The translations under genes and the position numbers were made by a program. 64,000 nucleotides of DNA from Alphaproteobacteria bacterium (GTDB taxonomy: Bacteria > Pseudomonadota > Alphaproteobacteria > MPNO01 > UBA830), in NCBI GenBank assembly GCA_965243135.1, contig OZ251539.1:5216001-5280000 (forward strand). The letters run 5' to 3'. The notes under the pieces were generated by a model. It was not told the DNA's origin. It searched no databases and saw nothing but the letters and a program-made list of their open reading frames with translations. Of the stretch, positions 52,201-63,188 are shown in pieces; position 1 is the stretch's first letter; every line of letters begins with the position of its first letter.

Positions 52201-55200
52201 TGCGGAAGAGTGTAGCAAATCAAGAAACGGCCGCAATCCGCAGCCAGCGCCGCTCGGTCGTCATTCTCCGGCCTAGTGTAGCAAATCAAGAAACGGCCGC
52301 AATCCGCAGCGGGTCGACGATCGGCCCCTAGATGAGCACCAGTGTAGCAAATCAAGAAACGGCCGCAATCCGCAGCGTAGCGGACGTGAACGACCTCGCT
52401 GCGGGGAGTGTAGCAAATCAAGAAACGGCCGCAATCCGCAGCCACGCGCAAGCGTGGGGCATTTTCTTTGCGAGTGTAGCAAATCAAGAAACGGCCGCAA
52501 TCCGCAGCCTTCGAACGTCGGGACGATAGCCGCGTGGAAGTGTAGCAAATCAAGAAACGGCCGCAATCCGCAGCCAGGAGAGGACTCTGGACTCGCCCCG
52601 ACTCAGTGTAGCAAATCAAGAAACGGCCGCAATCCGCAGCATCCGTCGCTGAACGCCCTCGTCCAAATCCAGTGTAGCAAATCAAGAAACGGCCGCAATC
52701 CGCAGCCCCCGCGACGCCTGGGACGTAATGCTGGCGAGTGTAGCAAATCAAGAAACGGCCGCAATCCGCAGCGCAGGCGACGGGCTGGTCCGGGAGAGCC
52801 CGAGTGTAGCAAATCAAGAAACGGCCGCAATCCGCAGCCGAAGCGCCGACACGCCGCTGCCCCACTGCAGTGTAGCAAATCAAGAAACGGCCGCAATCCG
52901 CAGCCCCCGGAACATGGGGAAACTCCTTCCACTGAGTGTAGCAAATCAAGAAACGGCCGCAATCCGCAGCGTGCGGGTGTACGACGACAGCGGCACCGCG
53001 AGTGTAGCAAATCAAGAAACGGCCGCAATCCGCAGCTGCGGAACGCGGCGACCGTTGCCGCCGTTCAGTGTAGCAAATCAAGAAACGGCCGCAATCCGCA
53101 GCTCCAATCGCATGGGGTTGTAGTCGCCGCAAAGTGTAGCAAATCAAGAAACGGCCGCAATCCGCAGCACGGTATCGATGAGGCTACTCGCGTGTTCGAG
53201 TGTAGCAAATCAAGAAACGGCCGCAATCCGCAGCGCGATAACGAACGTTCCGATAATCGCTACGAGTGTAGCAAATCAAGAAACGGCCGCAATCCGCAGC
53301 TCGGCGATCAGTATCTCGGGGCGGATCGTGAGTGTAGCAAATCAAGAAACGGCCGCAATCCGCAGCGACGGCCCGTCGAAGGCCGCGTCGGCCACGAGTG
53401 TAGCAAATCAAGAAACGGCCGCAATCCGCAGCTGCAGGCTGCGATATACGAGCCGGGGATCTAGTGTAGCAAATCAAGAAACGGCCGCAATCCGCAGCTT
53501 GGATAAGAATGTCGAAAGCGTAGGACGAAGTGTAGCAAATCAAGAAACGGCCGCAATCCGCAGCTTTATCTTGAGGGAGTGATCGAAGCCATGAAGTGTA
53601 GCAAATCAAGAAACGGCCGCAATCCGCAGCTTTATCTTGAGGGAGTGATCGAAGCCATGAAGTGTAGCAAATCAAGAAACGGCCGCAATCCGCAGCTCGG
53701 GAACGCCCGTCAACTCGTAGACGTAGAGTGTAGCAAATCAAGAAACGGCCGCAATCCGCAGCGGCGGACGATGCCGGCGATCACGCGCCCGGAGTGTAGC
53801 AAATCAAGAAACGGCCGCAATCCGCAGCCCGCAGCTGGATGGCCATATGGTGAGCGCCAGTGTAGCAAATCAAGAAACGGCCGCAATCCGCAGCTGAGCG
53901 CCTTCACGGGATCTTCCAGTATTCAGTGTAGCAAATCAAGAAACGGCCGCAATCCGCAGCAGATCAGCGACGATCACTATTCGACCTTGAAGTGTAGCAA
54001 ATCAAGAAACGGCCGCAATCCGCAGCGTTGTAGCTATGCTCGTCCTCGCTCGACGGAGTGTAGCAAATCAAGAAACGGCCGCAATCCGCAGCATAACGGA
54101 AGCGGCTGACAACTTGTCCGGAAGTGTAGCAAATCAAGAAACGGCCGCAATCCGCAGCCTATGGACCTTTGCGGTTTTAGAATTGTGAAGTGTAGCAAAT
54201 CAAGAAACGGCCGCAATCCGCAGCCGCCGGTTGCGCCAGATGACTTCGATCCGTAGTGTAGCAAATCAAGAAACGGCCGCAATCCGCAGCGGAGGCTGGT
54301 CAAAGATCAAATCTTGTCCAAGTGTAGCAAATCAAGAAACGGCCGCAATCCGCAGCCGGAAGTGCCCTCCCCATCTCAATCCGATTAGTGTAGCAAATCA
54401 AGAAACGGCCGCAATCCGCAGCGTCCGCAACGGCGACAACGAGGTCGGGCTTAGTGTAGCAAATCAAGAAACGGCCGCAATCCGCAGCCCCTCCGCGCCG
54501 AAGTCCATTCGACCAGGAAGTGTAGCAAATCAAGAAACGGCCGCAATCCGCAGCCCGGGCCTGCGAAGCATCGTTCGCGGATTTAGTGTAGCAAATCAAG
54601 AAACGGCCGCAATCCGCAGCGCCAAGTCGCTTTGGATGAGTTGCTCCATGAGTGTAGCAAATCAAGAAACGGCCGCAATCCGCAGCCTTCCACGGATCGT
54701 CTTTGCGGTCCAGGTCAGTGTAGCAAATCAAGAAACGGCCGCAATCCGCAGCATATGCTTGTCTGCGATTATCTCCCGGATGAGTGTAGCAAATCAAGAA
54801 ACGGCCGCAATCCGCAGCGGGCGGATGTACCGCAACCGTGTCGGCTGAAGTGTAGCAAATCAAGAAACGGCCGCAATCCGCAGCACCTATCCGCTGACGG
54901 TCGGTGACTGCATCAGTGTAGCAAATCAAGAAACGGCCGCAATCCGCAGCGGTGGCTGATTCGCATCCGCCAGAACGGCGAGTGTAGCAAATCAAGAAAC
55001 GGCCGCAATCCGCAGCAGTTGCGCGGCCGGCTGAACGGCGGGGCGAAGTGTAGCAAATCAAGAAACGGCCGCAATCCGCAGCCCCTCCGCGCCGAAGTCC
55101 ATTCGACCAGGAAGTGTAGCAAATCAAGAAACGGCCGCAATCCGCAGCTACAGAGACAAAGAAACAATACAAAATATAAGTGTAGCAAATCAAGAAACGG

Positions 55201-56866
55201 CCGCAATCCGCAGCCCGCTCTCCGGAGCGGCAGCGTAGGCGTCGAGTGTAGCAAATCAAGAAACGGCCGCAATCCGCAGCCCGAAAGCGGCCGCGGGCTT
55301 GCTCCGCCGCAGTGTAGCAAATCAAGAAACGGCCGCAATCCGCAGCGGGCTGCCGTCCGCACCGGCGCCCGGCGACAGTGTAGCAAATCAAGAAACGGCC
55401 GCAATCCGCAGCGCCGAAGGGATGGACGACATGATCGTTCAGAGTGTAGCAAATCAAGAAACGGCCGCAATCCGCAGCTGCTGTCGATTGCAGGCGATGC
55501 CGATACGGAGTGTAGCAAATCAAGAAACGGCCGCAATCCGCAGCCGCGTCGTGGTTCCGAAGAAGCCCCGCATAAGTGTAGCAAATCAAGAAACGGCCGC
55601 AATCCGCAGCGTGGACCGCGTCGCCGACGCCCTGCTGCCGAGTGTAGCAAATCAAGAAACGGCCGCAATCCGCAGCGGAACCGACACGATGTCCACGTTC
55701 GGCGTGAAGTGTAGCAAATCAAGAAACGGCCGCAATCCGCAGCCTCTCCTGTAAATCGCGACGGCCGCATGAAGTGTAGCAAATCAAGAAACGGCCGCAA
55801 TCCGCAGCCCGAAGCGTGAAGGGAGCGTCGGCGTGATCAGTGTAGCAAATCAAGAAACGGCCGCAATCCGCAGCTGAGGTGACGCAGAGCGCCCGGTGGC
55901 CGGAAGTGTAGCAAATCAAGAAACGGCCGCAATCCGCAGCTTTCCGGATCCATTGATCTTGAATCGCGTTAGTGTAGCAAATCAAGAAACGGCCGCAATC
56001 CGCAGCCGCGGCCTTCAGCAGCTGTGCTACCTCGGGAGTGTAGCAAATCAAGAAACGGCCGCAATCCGCAGCCCGGATTGATGCAGAAGCATGGACTGAT
56101 CGAGTGTAGCAAATCAAGAAACGGCCGCAATCCGCAGCAATGCGCTTACATCTATCGCGGCTTCCATGAGTGTAGCAAATCAAGAAACGGCCGCAATCCG
56201 CAGCGTATCCCTCTCACTGAAATTAGAGAGGTATAGTGTAGCAAATCAAGAAACGGCCGCAATCCGCAGCTGTTTGTTCACTTCCATCATGTTCAGCACG
56301 AAGTGTAGCAAATCAAGAAACGGCCGCAATCCGCAGCTGTTTGTTCACTTCCATCATGTTCAGCACGAAGTGTAGCAAATCAAGAAACGGCCGCAATCCG
56401 CAGCGGGGCAATCGCAAGTGCGTTCGCCGTCCGCAGTGTAGCAAATCAAGAAACGGCCGCAATCCGCAGCGAAGCGATCGGCAAGCTCGAAACCGCCTTA
56501 AGTGTAGCAAATCAAGAAACGGCCGCAATCCGCAGCTACCGGAAAGCGTAGCTCCCCAACTCGTCGAGTGTAGCAAATCAAGAAACGGCCGCAATCCGCA
56601 GCAGTGCGCTCGTGCGGATTGAACACCCAGAAAGTGTAGCAAATCAAGAAACGGCCGCAATCCGCAGCAGTGCGCTCGTGCGGATTGAACACCCAGAAAG
56701 TGTAGCAAATCAAGAAACGGCCGCAATCCGCAGCGGAACCCCGGCAGGTACAGGTTGTGGTGGAAGTGTAGCAAATCAAGAAACGGCCGCAATCCGCAGC
56801 TTGATTTCGAACGGCCGACGACGGAAGGCGAGTGTAGAAAATCAAGAATCGAATATTTTTTCGCGG
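49243..56866 (-). CRISPR. Type II-C array: 116 repeats (last one degenerate), 115 spacers of mostly 30 bp; repeat GCTGCGGATTGCGGCCGTTTCTTGATTTGCTACACT on the minus strand
   Basis: 66-bp periodicity counted; orientation inferred from tracrRNA pairing and the extended -10 TGCTACACT at the repeat 3' end. Confidence 0.98.
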
Positions 56867-56991
56867 TGGCGCTCGCCGTTCGAGAATTCGGGAGTGTGGC
56901 GCTAAGGCTGCCCCGTGTCGCCCTGTCTTCACGCCGAGACGCCCGGACGCGGAACGGTTATGTCGGCGAGCGGCGCGAGGCCGGGAGAACC
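56849..56991 (+). repeat. Dispersed ~140-bp element, copy 2
   Basis: Aligns to the reverse complement of 11118-11255. Confidence 0.85.
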
Positions 56992-57179
56992 ACATCCGTA
57001 GTCACATGCTACGGGATGAGCAGGCTCCGAATCATGAGAGTTTGGCAAGATAGGTCGTTTCGCGGCAGCGCGAGTTCAATGATTTAAGTGTCCACTCGAA
57101 AACGCTCTATCGGTTCTCAATTTTCCTGCAATGACGCGTGAACACGCATTAAAATCGGAAGAGAACCGTCAGAGGCCGA

Positions 57180-58061
57180 TCAGGCGGCGGCATCGTCGGC
57201 CGAATCGGCCGCGAATTTCAGTTCAAGCTGTCCCAGGCCGAACACGGTTCCCTTTCCGGCGTGAACCCATTTTCCGGCCGCCAGAAGCGGCCACAGCGCT
57301 CCGGCGCCGCGCTGCAGGTCAAGCGATCCGGTGACTCCGTGCAGGTCCATTTCGCGCTGCTGGGAACCCGACCAGCGAACGAAATCGGCCCGATTGCCCT
57401 GCCATGTCATCGATTCGGTCTGCTTCGCGGCGGCGATCACGGAATCCAACAGCGTCCCGTCGATGCCTTCGCCGCCTGCCAGCGAGGCCAGACGCCGCAG
57501 CGACGCGACCGCGATGTCCGTGAAGGTCGGGCGCTCCATCAGTTTGCCGCGTCTCAGAATTCTGAGCGGAGCGCGGAATTTCAGGCGAATGGCGGCTTCG
57601 CCCGAAATCTTCGGACGCAAGGCTTCGGCGGCTTCCCGCAGGGCCCACCGCTGGTCCGCGGAGGTCATCGCCGCATTCGCATCGAGCGAACGAACCTCCC
57701 TGATCGCAAAGGGGTCCCGATCGGCTCCCAGACCCATTCCTGACGCCACGTCCCAAGCGCGCACCAGGGATCCTTCGAAACGACCGGCTTCTCCGATCAG
57801 TATCCAGTCCACTGCCGGTGCGAAGCTTGGGTCCGAGGGCGCCGGTCGGATCATGTACAACGGTGTTCGTTCCGAATAGCCTTCCCTTTGGCCCTCGAAT
57901 ACCCGCTCGTACGCGGTCGCATCGAGATGCCTGAGGGCGCGACCCCATACGCCCCTTACCATGGGTCCCGTCGCCCGGACCTTGCCGGTATCGAGCCGCA
58001 TGCGACGCGGAATGACCCGGATCTGCCCGAGCAGGTTTAGCAGCTCCTCTTCCAGATGCAC
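57180..58061 (-). CDS. cas6: Cas6 pre-crRNA endoribonuclease
   Basis: RGVWGRAL, L.F..PLRI, RWSGSQ, and C-terminal G-rich loop HAGKGTVFGLG; GTG start inferred. Confidence 0.85.
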   Translation of the reverse strand: MHLEEELLNLLGQIRVIPRRMRLDTGKVRATGPMVRGVWGRALRHLDATAYERVFEGQREGYSERTPLYMIRPAPSDPSFAPAVDWILIGEAGRFEGSLVRAWDVASGMGLGADRDPFAIREVRSLDANAAMTSADQRWALREAAEALRPKISGEAAIRLKFRAPLRILRRGKLMERPTFTDIAVASLRRLASLAGGEGIDGTLLDSVIAAAKQTESMTWQGNRADFVRWSGSQQREMDLHGVTGSLDLQRGAGALWPLLAAGKWVHAGKGTVFGLGQLELKFAADSADDAAA

Positions 58062-58290
58062 TCGCTTTCCCTTTCGACTGTTGTTCCTCACGTTTGGGAG
58101 CCCGGCCGCCGTTTGCGTCCGTCGCGACCATCTCTTGCCGGAGAGGAACGGCGCCGTCCGTCCGGTCGAGTTTTCCAACCGTGTCGCCGCCTCCTTTTGC
58201 TTCGGCGACTCTCGCGGTTATCATAAAGGCCATAACGACTTGACGGTACTTTGCCGGGCGAGACGCGCGGTTTATTCGGAGCCAGTATCG

Positions 58291-60864
58291 ATGACATCAA
58301 TCCGGCCGGTCGATTGGGAACGGCTCCTGCTGGTTTTCATGCATGATCCGGTGGACAAGGCGCTGGACGTCGAGAGCCGCGAAAGCCGCGCCGCGCGCTA
58401 CGCGTCGACCGCTCTGGAGCGGCAGGTCGACCGGAACGAGATGGAGTCGGCGGCGGCGCTCGAGGCGCAGCTCGCGGCGATCGCGGAGCGACCGTCGATG
58501 CCGACCGCTGGATCGGACGGAAAGCGCGCGGGCGCTCCCGTCGACGGCCGGTTGCAGATACGTCACCCCGTCAGCGGCGAAAAGGAAGAAATCCATTGCG
58601 GTTCGATAGACGAAGCCGGAGTGGATAAGGTGATTGCGGGAATCGTCGGTGGCCTCGGATCCCCCAAGGAGCGATTTCTCGCCCTCTGGCGCCTTCTTCC
58701 CGAAAGGCTCGACGAGGCGTTCGACGGCCGGATGACGCGGTTGCCGGCCGATACGCGCATTCCGGATCATTCCTGGATCGACCATGCCGATATCGCCGCC
58801 GGAATCTGGGCGAGCCGCGAGCAGGGCGGGCAGGGAGGAGCCTATCTCACTTTTGCGCTGGGACCGGTGCAACCGTTCATCGAAGCGGCCCGTTCGGTGC
58901 GCGACCTCTGGACCGGCAGCGCCATTCTCTCGTGGCTTTCCTTCGCCGCCATGCGGCCGATTCTGGATCTGTTGGGGCCGACTGCGTTCGTTTATCCGGC
59001 GCTGCGCGGCAATCCGCTCATGGATCTGTGGTTGCGTAACGATCTCGGGCTGGATCGCATCCGCTCGCCCGAGCACGTCGCCCGGAAGAGTCCTTCGCTG
59101 CCGAACCGCTTTATCGCCGTCGTTCCCTGGGGGTCGGACGGCGCTCTTGCCGACGAGCTGGCCGAGCGTTGCGAGGCTTCTTCGCGAGCGGCATGGACGC
59201 GGTTGGCCGACGACGTGCGCGGGCGGCTGGCGAAGACGTTGGAGGAAATCTCTCCGGGGTGGGACAGTCTGTGGACATCGCAGGTTGGAGATTTCTTCGA
59301 TATCGCGACCACGACGGTGCCGGAGCAGGCTCTCGACGACGATGCGATGGCGAGGCTTATGAGCGGAACGTCGTTCGGGGAAACATGGCCTGAGTGCGCG
59401 GCGATACGGTCGCTCGCCACGGCCATTCCGTCGGGTGACCGCGCTGCGCAGAATTCAGCCGGCCGTTGGCAGGCGCGAATGGAATTCTCGGCGCGTCTGA
59501 CGGAAGCGAGACGATCCATTCGCCACGTGCCGGGTTCCGCGGGGCGCGCCGGGGACAAATCGCCGCCCAAATGCAGCCTGTTCGGTTCATGGGAACAGAT
59601 GGGTCCCGCGGATTTCGATCAATCGGGGCGTTTCTGGCAGGAGGTTGCCGGCAAGCTTTCGCTTGACGGCGTCAGGTTGCGCTCGAACGAGAGGTTCTGC
59701 GCAGTCGCGCTTGCCAAACGCTTCTCCGGCCCGGCCGTGCTTGCGGACGAATTCGGCCTTGACCGCCTGTCGCTGCGTTTTCCCGATACGGCGACGATCG
59801 CCGCCGCGGAATGGTTGAACGAGGCCGGCATCGACCCCGACGAAATTCGAAGGCGGTACGGCGACTGGAGCGGGCGCTGGCTGCACGGTTTCGACGACGA
59901 GGACAAGCCTCCGCCGGAGGCGGAAGCTCTGATCGCAAACGCTTTGCGCGAGCTACGCCCGAAGCGGCCGGCCTCGTATCTCGCGATCCTCAAAATGGAC
60001 GGAGACGACATAGGCAGCTGGTTGCGGGGCGACTTTTCTCCGAAGCTGCGTGACGTCCTTCATCCAGAGATCGAAAATTATTTTCAAGCGCTTGGCGACG
60101 CGGGCGTTCAGGGTCTCGACGCTCGCCGGCCTGTCGATCCCGCGTTGCATGCGTCGATCAGCGCCGCGCTGGGAGATTTTGCGGCGCGCGTCGCCCCGGC
60201 AATCGTGAAACGGCACAACGGGACGCTCATATACTCCGGAGGCGACGACCTCCTCGCTCTGTTGCCGACAATTCGGGCCACGCGATGCGCCGAGGAACTG
60301 CGACGGGCGTTTCGGGGCGAAGCCGCGCCCGACTGCGGAAGGGGCATGGGATCCAAGGCGACGGTTTCGGTTGGAATATCCTACGTCCACCACATGGAAG
60401 ACCTTCGGTTGGCGCTCCGGTCCGCAAGAGATGCGGAACGTCGGGCAAAGGAGGACGGGAAGGACGCCGTCAACCTGCATTTCATGCGGCGGTCCGGGGA
60501 GCAGGCGGGCGCTACGTTGCCTTGGCCGCTCGCTTCCTGGTTCACGGAATTGACGGAGTTGTTCGCAACCGGGGCGACCGATCGGTGGGCGTATCATCTG
60601 AGGGCGGAGTTGCCGGTGCTCGCGACGGGCGATCTGCCCTGCGAAGCGGTGGCCGCCGAGATTCGGCGGCTCGGCAATCGAATCGACGATCGGAACTGGT
60701 CGAGCTACGCCAAGAGCTCCCGGCCGGGAGAGTTGATCGCGAACTGGTGGCGCGAATATCGAGACGCTCTTTCGCCCCGAAACCTGGGTCTCGAACGGAC
60801 GCTCGTTTCGTTCGTGACCTTATGCCAGGGCGCCGCTTTCGTCGCCCGGGGACGAGAGGGTTGA
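58291..60864 (+). CDS. cas10: Type III-B Cas10/Cmr2
   Basis: MHDP.DKAL, LPADTRIPDHS, GPVQPFIEAAR..RDLW.GS, MDGDDIG and intact YSGGDD palm motif. Confidence 0.95.
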   Translation: MTSIRPVDWERLLLVFMHDPVDKALDVESRESRAARYASTALERQVDRNEMESAAALEAQLAAIAERPSMPTAGSDGKRAGAPVDGRLQIRHPVSGEKEEIHCGSIDEAGVDKVIAGIVGGLGSPKERFLALWRLLPERLDEAFDGRMTRLPADTRIPDHSWIDHADIAAGIWASREQGGQGGAYLTFALGPVQPFIEAARSVRDLWTGSAILSWLSFAAMRPILDLLGPTAFVYPALRGNPLMDLWLRNDLGLDRIRSPEHVARKSPSLPNRFIAVVPWGSDGALADELAERCEASSRAAWTRLADDVRGRLAKTLEEISPGWDSLWTSQVGDFFDIATTTVPEQALDDDAMARLMSGTSFGETWPECAAIRSLATAIPSGDRAAQNSAGRWQARMEFSARLTEARRSIRHVPGSAGRAGDKSPPKCSLFGSWEQMGPADFDQSGRFWQEVAGKLSLDGVRLRSNERFCAVALAKRFSGPAVLADEFGLDRLSLRFPDTATIAAAEWLNEAGIDPDEIRRRYGDWSGRWLHGFDDEDKPPPEAEALIANALRELRPKRPASYLAILKMDGDDIGSWLRGDFSPKLRDVLHPEIENYFQALGDAGVQGLDARRPVDPALHASISAALGDFAARVAPAIVKRHNGTLIYSGGDDLLALLPTIRATRCAEELRRAFRGEAAPDCGRGMGSKATVSVGISYVHHMEDLRLALRSARDAERRAKEDGKDAVNLHFMRRSGEQAGATLPWPLASWFTELTELFATGATDRWAYHLRAELPVLATGDLPCEAVAAEIRRLGNRIDDRNWSSYAKSSRPGELIANWWREYRDALSPRNLGLERTLVSFVTLCQGAAFVARGREG

Positions 60865-60865
60865 C

Positions 60866-61921
60866 GTGACGAATACGCTGTCTCTGCGAATCGAACCGCT
60901 CGACACGCTCTTCTTCAGGGATGCGCGTCCCTTCGACGCGTCGTCGAGAGCCTCTTCCGGTCTGCCGAAGCCGCAAACGGTCGCAGGAGCTCTGCGTACC
61001 GCGATGCTCCAGTCGGCCGGAGTGGATCTTGGGGAGGTCGCCGCCGCCGTGCGAGCCGGACAAACCTTTCGAGACGCTGCCGCGGTCGGAGGCTCGATCG
61101 GCAAGGCTATCGGCGAGGTCGGGTTTCGCGGCCCGTGGTTTGGCCGAGATGGAGAAATCCTGTATCCGGCGCCGGCCACGCTTCGGCAAGAGCGCGACAG
61201 CGGCAAGTTCGTTCGTCTCGATCCGATCGGCGCGGATCTTCCCGGTTGGAAACCCGCGGAAACCGGCATGTTGCCGCTCTGGTACAGGGGCCGGGCCCGT
61301 CTGAACAACGCTTCGGGTTATCTGAGGGCAAGCGACATGCTTCGGTTTCTCGACGGAGACCTGCCGGAGGCGGTCGTTCCCGAGGCCGAGCTCTTCGCAT
61401 ATCACGACCGAACCGGAATCGGGCTGGATGCGGAACGCGCCGTCGCAGCCGACGGCATGATCTACTCGGTGCGCCTGCTCGAGCTGTGCAGCGGCGTTTG
61501 CCTCCATGTCGAAATGACGGGCGCCGAAGAAGCGCTTGGCTTGTTTGCGCCTGAGGGCCAGCTCGTACCGCTCGGCGGCGAGGGCCGCAGGGCCGTGGTT
61601 ACCCCGGGACCGCAAGACACTCCGGAAGCCCAGCCTGCTTCTACGTCCGACCGGCGCCTCGTCGTGCTGACCACTCCCGCTCCGCTGGATGGCTGGAAAC
61701 TCCAGGGATCAAGACTTCTCTCGGCGGCGGTTCCGGGTTACGAAGCGGTGTCCGGTTGGGATTTGGCTCGCGGCGGGCCGAAACCCAATCGTTTTTCGGT
61801 GCCCGCCGGTTCCGTCTATTTTATGGAACCCGGCGCTTCCCCGGCGCATCCCCTCGTCGATCCGGAAGATGCCGCGGTCGGCTGGGGCAGTTATCTCGAA
61901 GGAACCTGGAATCATGTCTAA
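60866..61921 (+). CDS. cmr3: Cmr3
   Basis: EPLDTLFFRDARPF, LGGEGR, SGWDL...PKP, VPAGSVY and GWG motifs. Confidence 0.93.
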   Translation: MTNTLSLRIEPLDTLFFRDARPFDASSRASSGLPKPQTVAGALRTAMLQSAGVDLGEVAAAVRAGQTFRDAAAVGGSIGKAIGEVGFRGPWFGRDGEILYPAPATLRQERDSGKFVRLDPIGADLPGWKPAETGMLPLWYRGRARLNNASGYLRASDMLRFLDGDLPEAVVPEAELFAYHDRTGIGLDAERAVAADGMIYSVRLLELCSGVCLHVEMTGAEEALGLFAPEGQLVPLGGEGRRAVVTPGPQDTPEAQPASTSDRRLVVLTTPAPLDGWKLQGSRLLSAAVPGYEAVSGWDLARGGPKPNRFSVPAGSVYFMEPGASPAHPLVDPEDAAVGWGSYLEGTWNHV

Positions 61922-62801
61922 CTCCGCATTGTTGTTCATTCACTGCCTGACGGGGCTTCACCCCGGCAGCGGCACGGCGCTGGGCGTCGTCGATCTGCCG
62001 GTTCAACGGGAACGCCATACGCAGTGGCCTATCGTCCCCGGATCTTCGCTGAAAGGCGTGCTCAGGGCTTCCTGTTCCGCAAAGCTGGACGACCGGCAGA
62101 ACGAGGACTTGCTCGCGGCTTTCGGTCCAGAAACGGGTTCGGCGAGCGATCACGCGGGGGCGCTTTCGATTTCGGACGCGCGCATACTGGCCTTCCCGGT
62201 GCGGTCCCTGAAAGGCGTTTTCGCCTGGACGACCTGTCCGGCGGCGTTGTCGCGGCTCCGCCGCGACGTCGAGCTGGCCGGAGGGACAGGCGTTCCCGAC
62301 ATTCCCGCCGTCGGGTCGAATACGGCGGTTTGCTCCGGCGGGAGTCCCCTGCTGGTCGGCGGCGACAAATTGATGCTCGAAGAATTCGAGTTCGATAAAG
62401 CCGACGGAGACGCCTCCGAGGTCGCAAACTGGATCGCGATGCAGGCCGTTCGGGATCATGCGACCGCCGATCGACTGAAATCGCATCTCGCCATCCTGGA
62501 TGACGACGATTTCTGCCATTTCGTTCGTCACGCGACCGAAGTGACGGCTCGCATCGGTCTCGATTACGAGACGAAGACGGTGCGCAGCGGGGCCCTGTTC
62601 TACGAAGAGTTCCTGCCGCCGGAAACGCTATTCTACAGTCTGGTGACGGCGGAACGCAGCCGGAGTTCGAAACGGATGAGTTCAGGCGAGATTCTCTCGT
62701 GGCTGCAAGAGAACGTTCGGCCGACCTTGCAGATCGGCGGCGGCGAAAGCGTCGGAAAGGGAGTATGCGCCGTGCGCTTCGCTCCCGGGGGGACGGAGTG
62801 A
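61914..62801 (+). CDS. cmr4: Cmr4
   Basis: LHPGSG...VVDLPVQRE (catalytic Asp present), PGSSLKG, ALFYEE and QIGGGESVGKG motifs. Confidence 0.95.
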   Translation: MSNSALLFIHCLTGLHPGSGTALGVVDLPVQRERHTQWPIVPGSSLKGVLRASCSAKLDDRQNEDLLAAFGPETGSASDHAGALSISDARILAFPVRSLKGVFAWTTCPAALSRLRRDVELAGGTGVPDIPAVGSNTAVCSGGSPLLVGGDKLMLEEFEFDKADGDASEVANWIAMQAVRDHATADRLKSHLAILDDDDFCHFVRHATEVTARIGLDYETKTVRSGALFYEEFLPPETLFYSLVTAERSRSSKRMSSGEILSWLQENVRPTLQIGGGESVGKGVCAVRFAPGGTE

Positions 62802-63181
62802 TGGAGCGCACACCGACTTTGGCGCAGCGGCGGGCGCGTCATGCCTGGCATGCCGTCGAGCGCGCCCGAGCGTCGCTCGGCAAGTCCGAGTCCGAAGACT
62901 ACGCTCGCGAGGCCAAGAGATTGCCCGTGCGAATCATGACTTCGGGCCTCGGGCAGACGCTTGCCTTCATGAAGGCGAAAGAAAGCAAGGGAGGGGAGCG
63001 CCTCAGGGACGATTTGGAGAACTGGTTGCTGGTGGAGCGCAAGTTCGGCGGCAAGAACCTCATGACGACGATCATCGAAGGCGACGCGGATCTTTTGCGC
63101 CGGGCGACCGAAGAGGCGCAAGCCTACCTGCAATGGTTGACCCGGTTTGCCGAGGCCGAAATCCGCGTCGACAGCGAATAG
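62801..63181 (+). CDS. cmr5: Cmr5 small subunit
   Basis: TLAQRRA, LPVRIMTSGLGQTLAF and WLTRFAEA motifs. Confidence 0.92.
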   Translation: MERTPTLAQRRARHAWHAVERARASLGKSESEDYAREAKRLPVRIMTSGLGQTLAFMKAKESKGGERLRDDLENWLLVERKFGGKNLMTTIIEGDADLLRRATEEAQAYLQWLTRFAEAEIRVDSE

Positions 63182-63188
63182 GAATCCG

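Noticed and set aside
49243-56866. Self-targeting spacers within this window
   Set aside because: None noticed by eye; not exhaustively tested, and BLASTN is needed
49222-56995. Numerous ORFs inside the CRISPR array
   Set aside because: Products of the 66-bp periodicity and a repeat lacking stops in several frames
57961-58290. N-terminal extensions of Cas10 and Cas6 in the ORF track
   Set aside because: The extensions overlap each other; better SD-linked starts exist at 58291 and 58061
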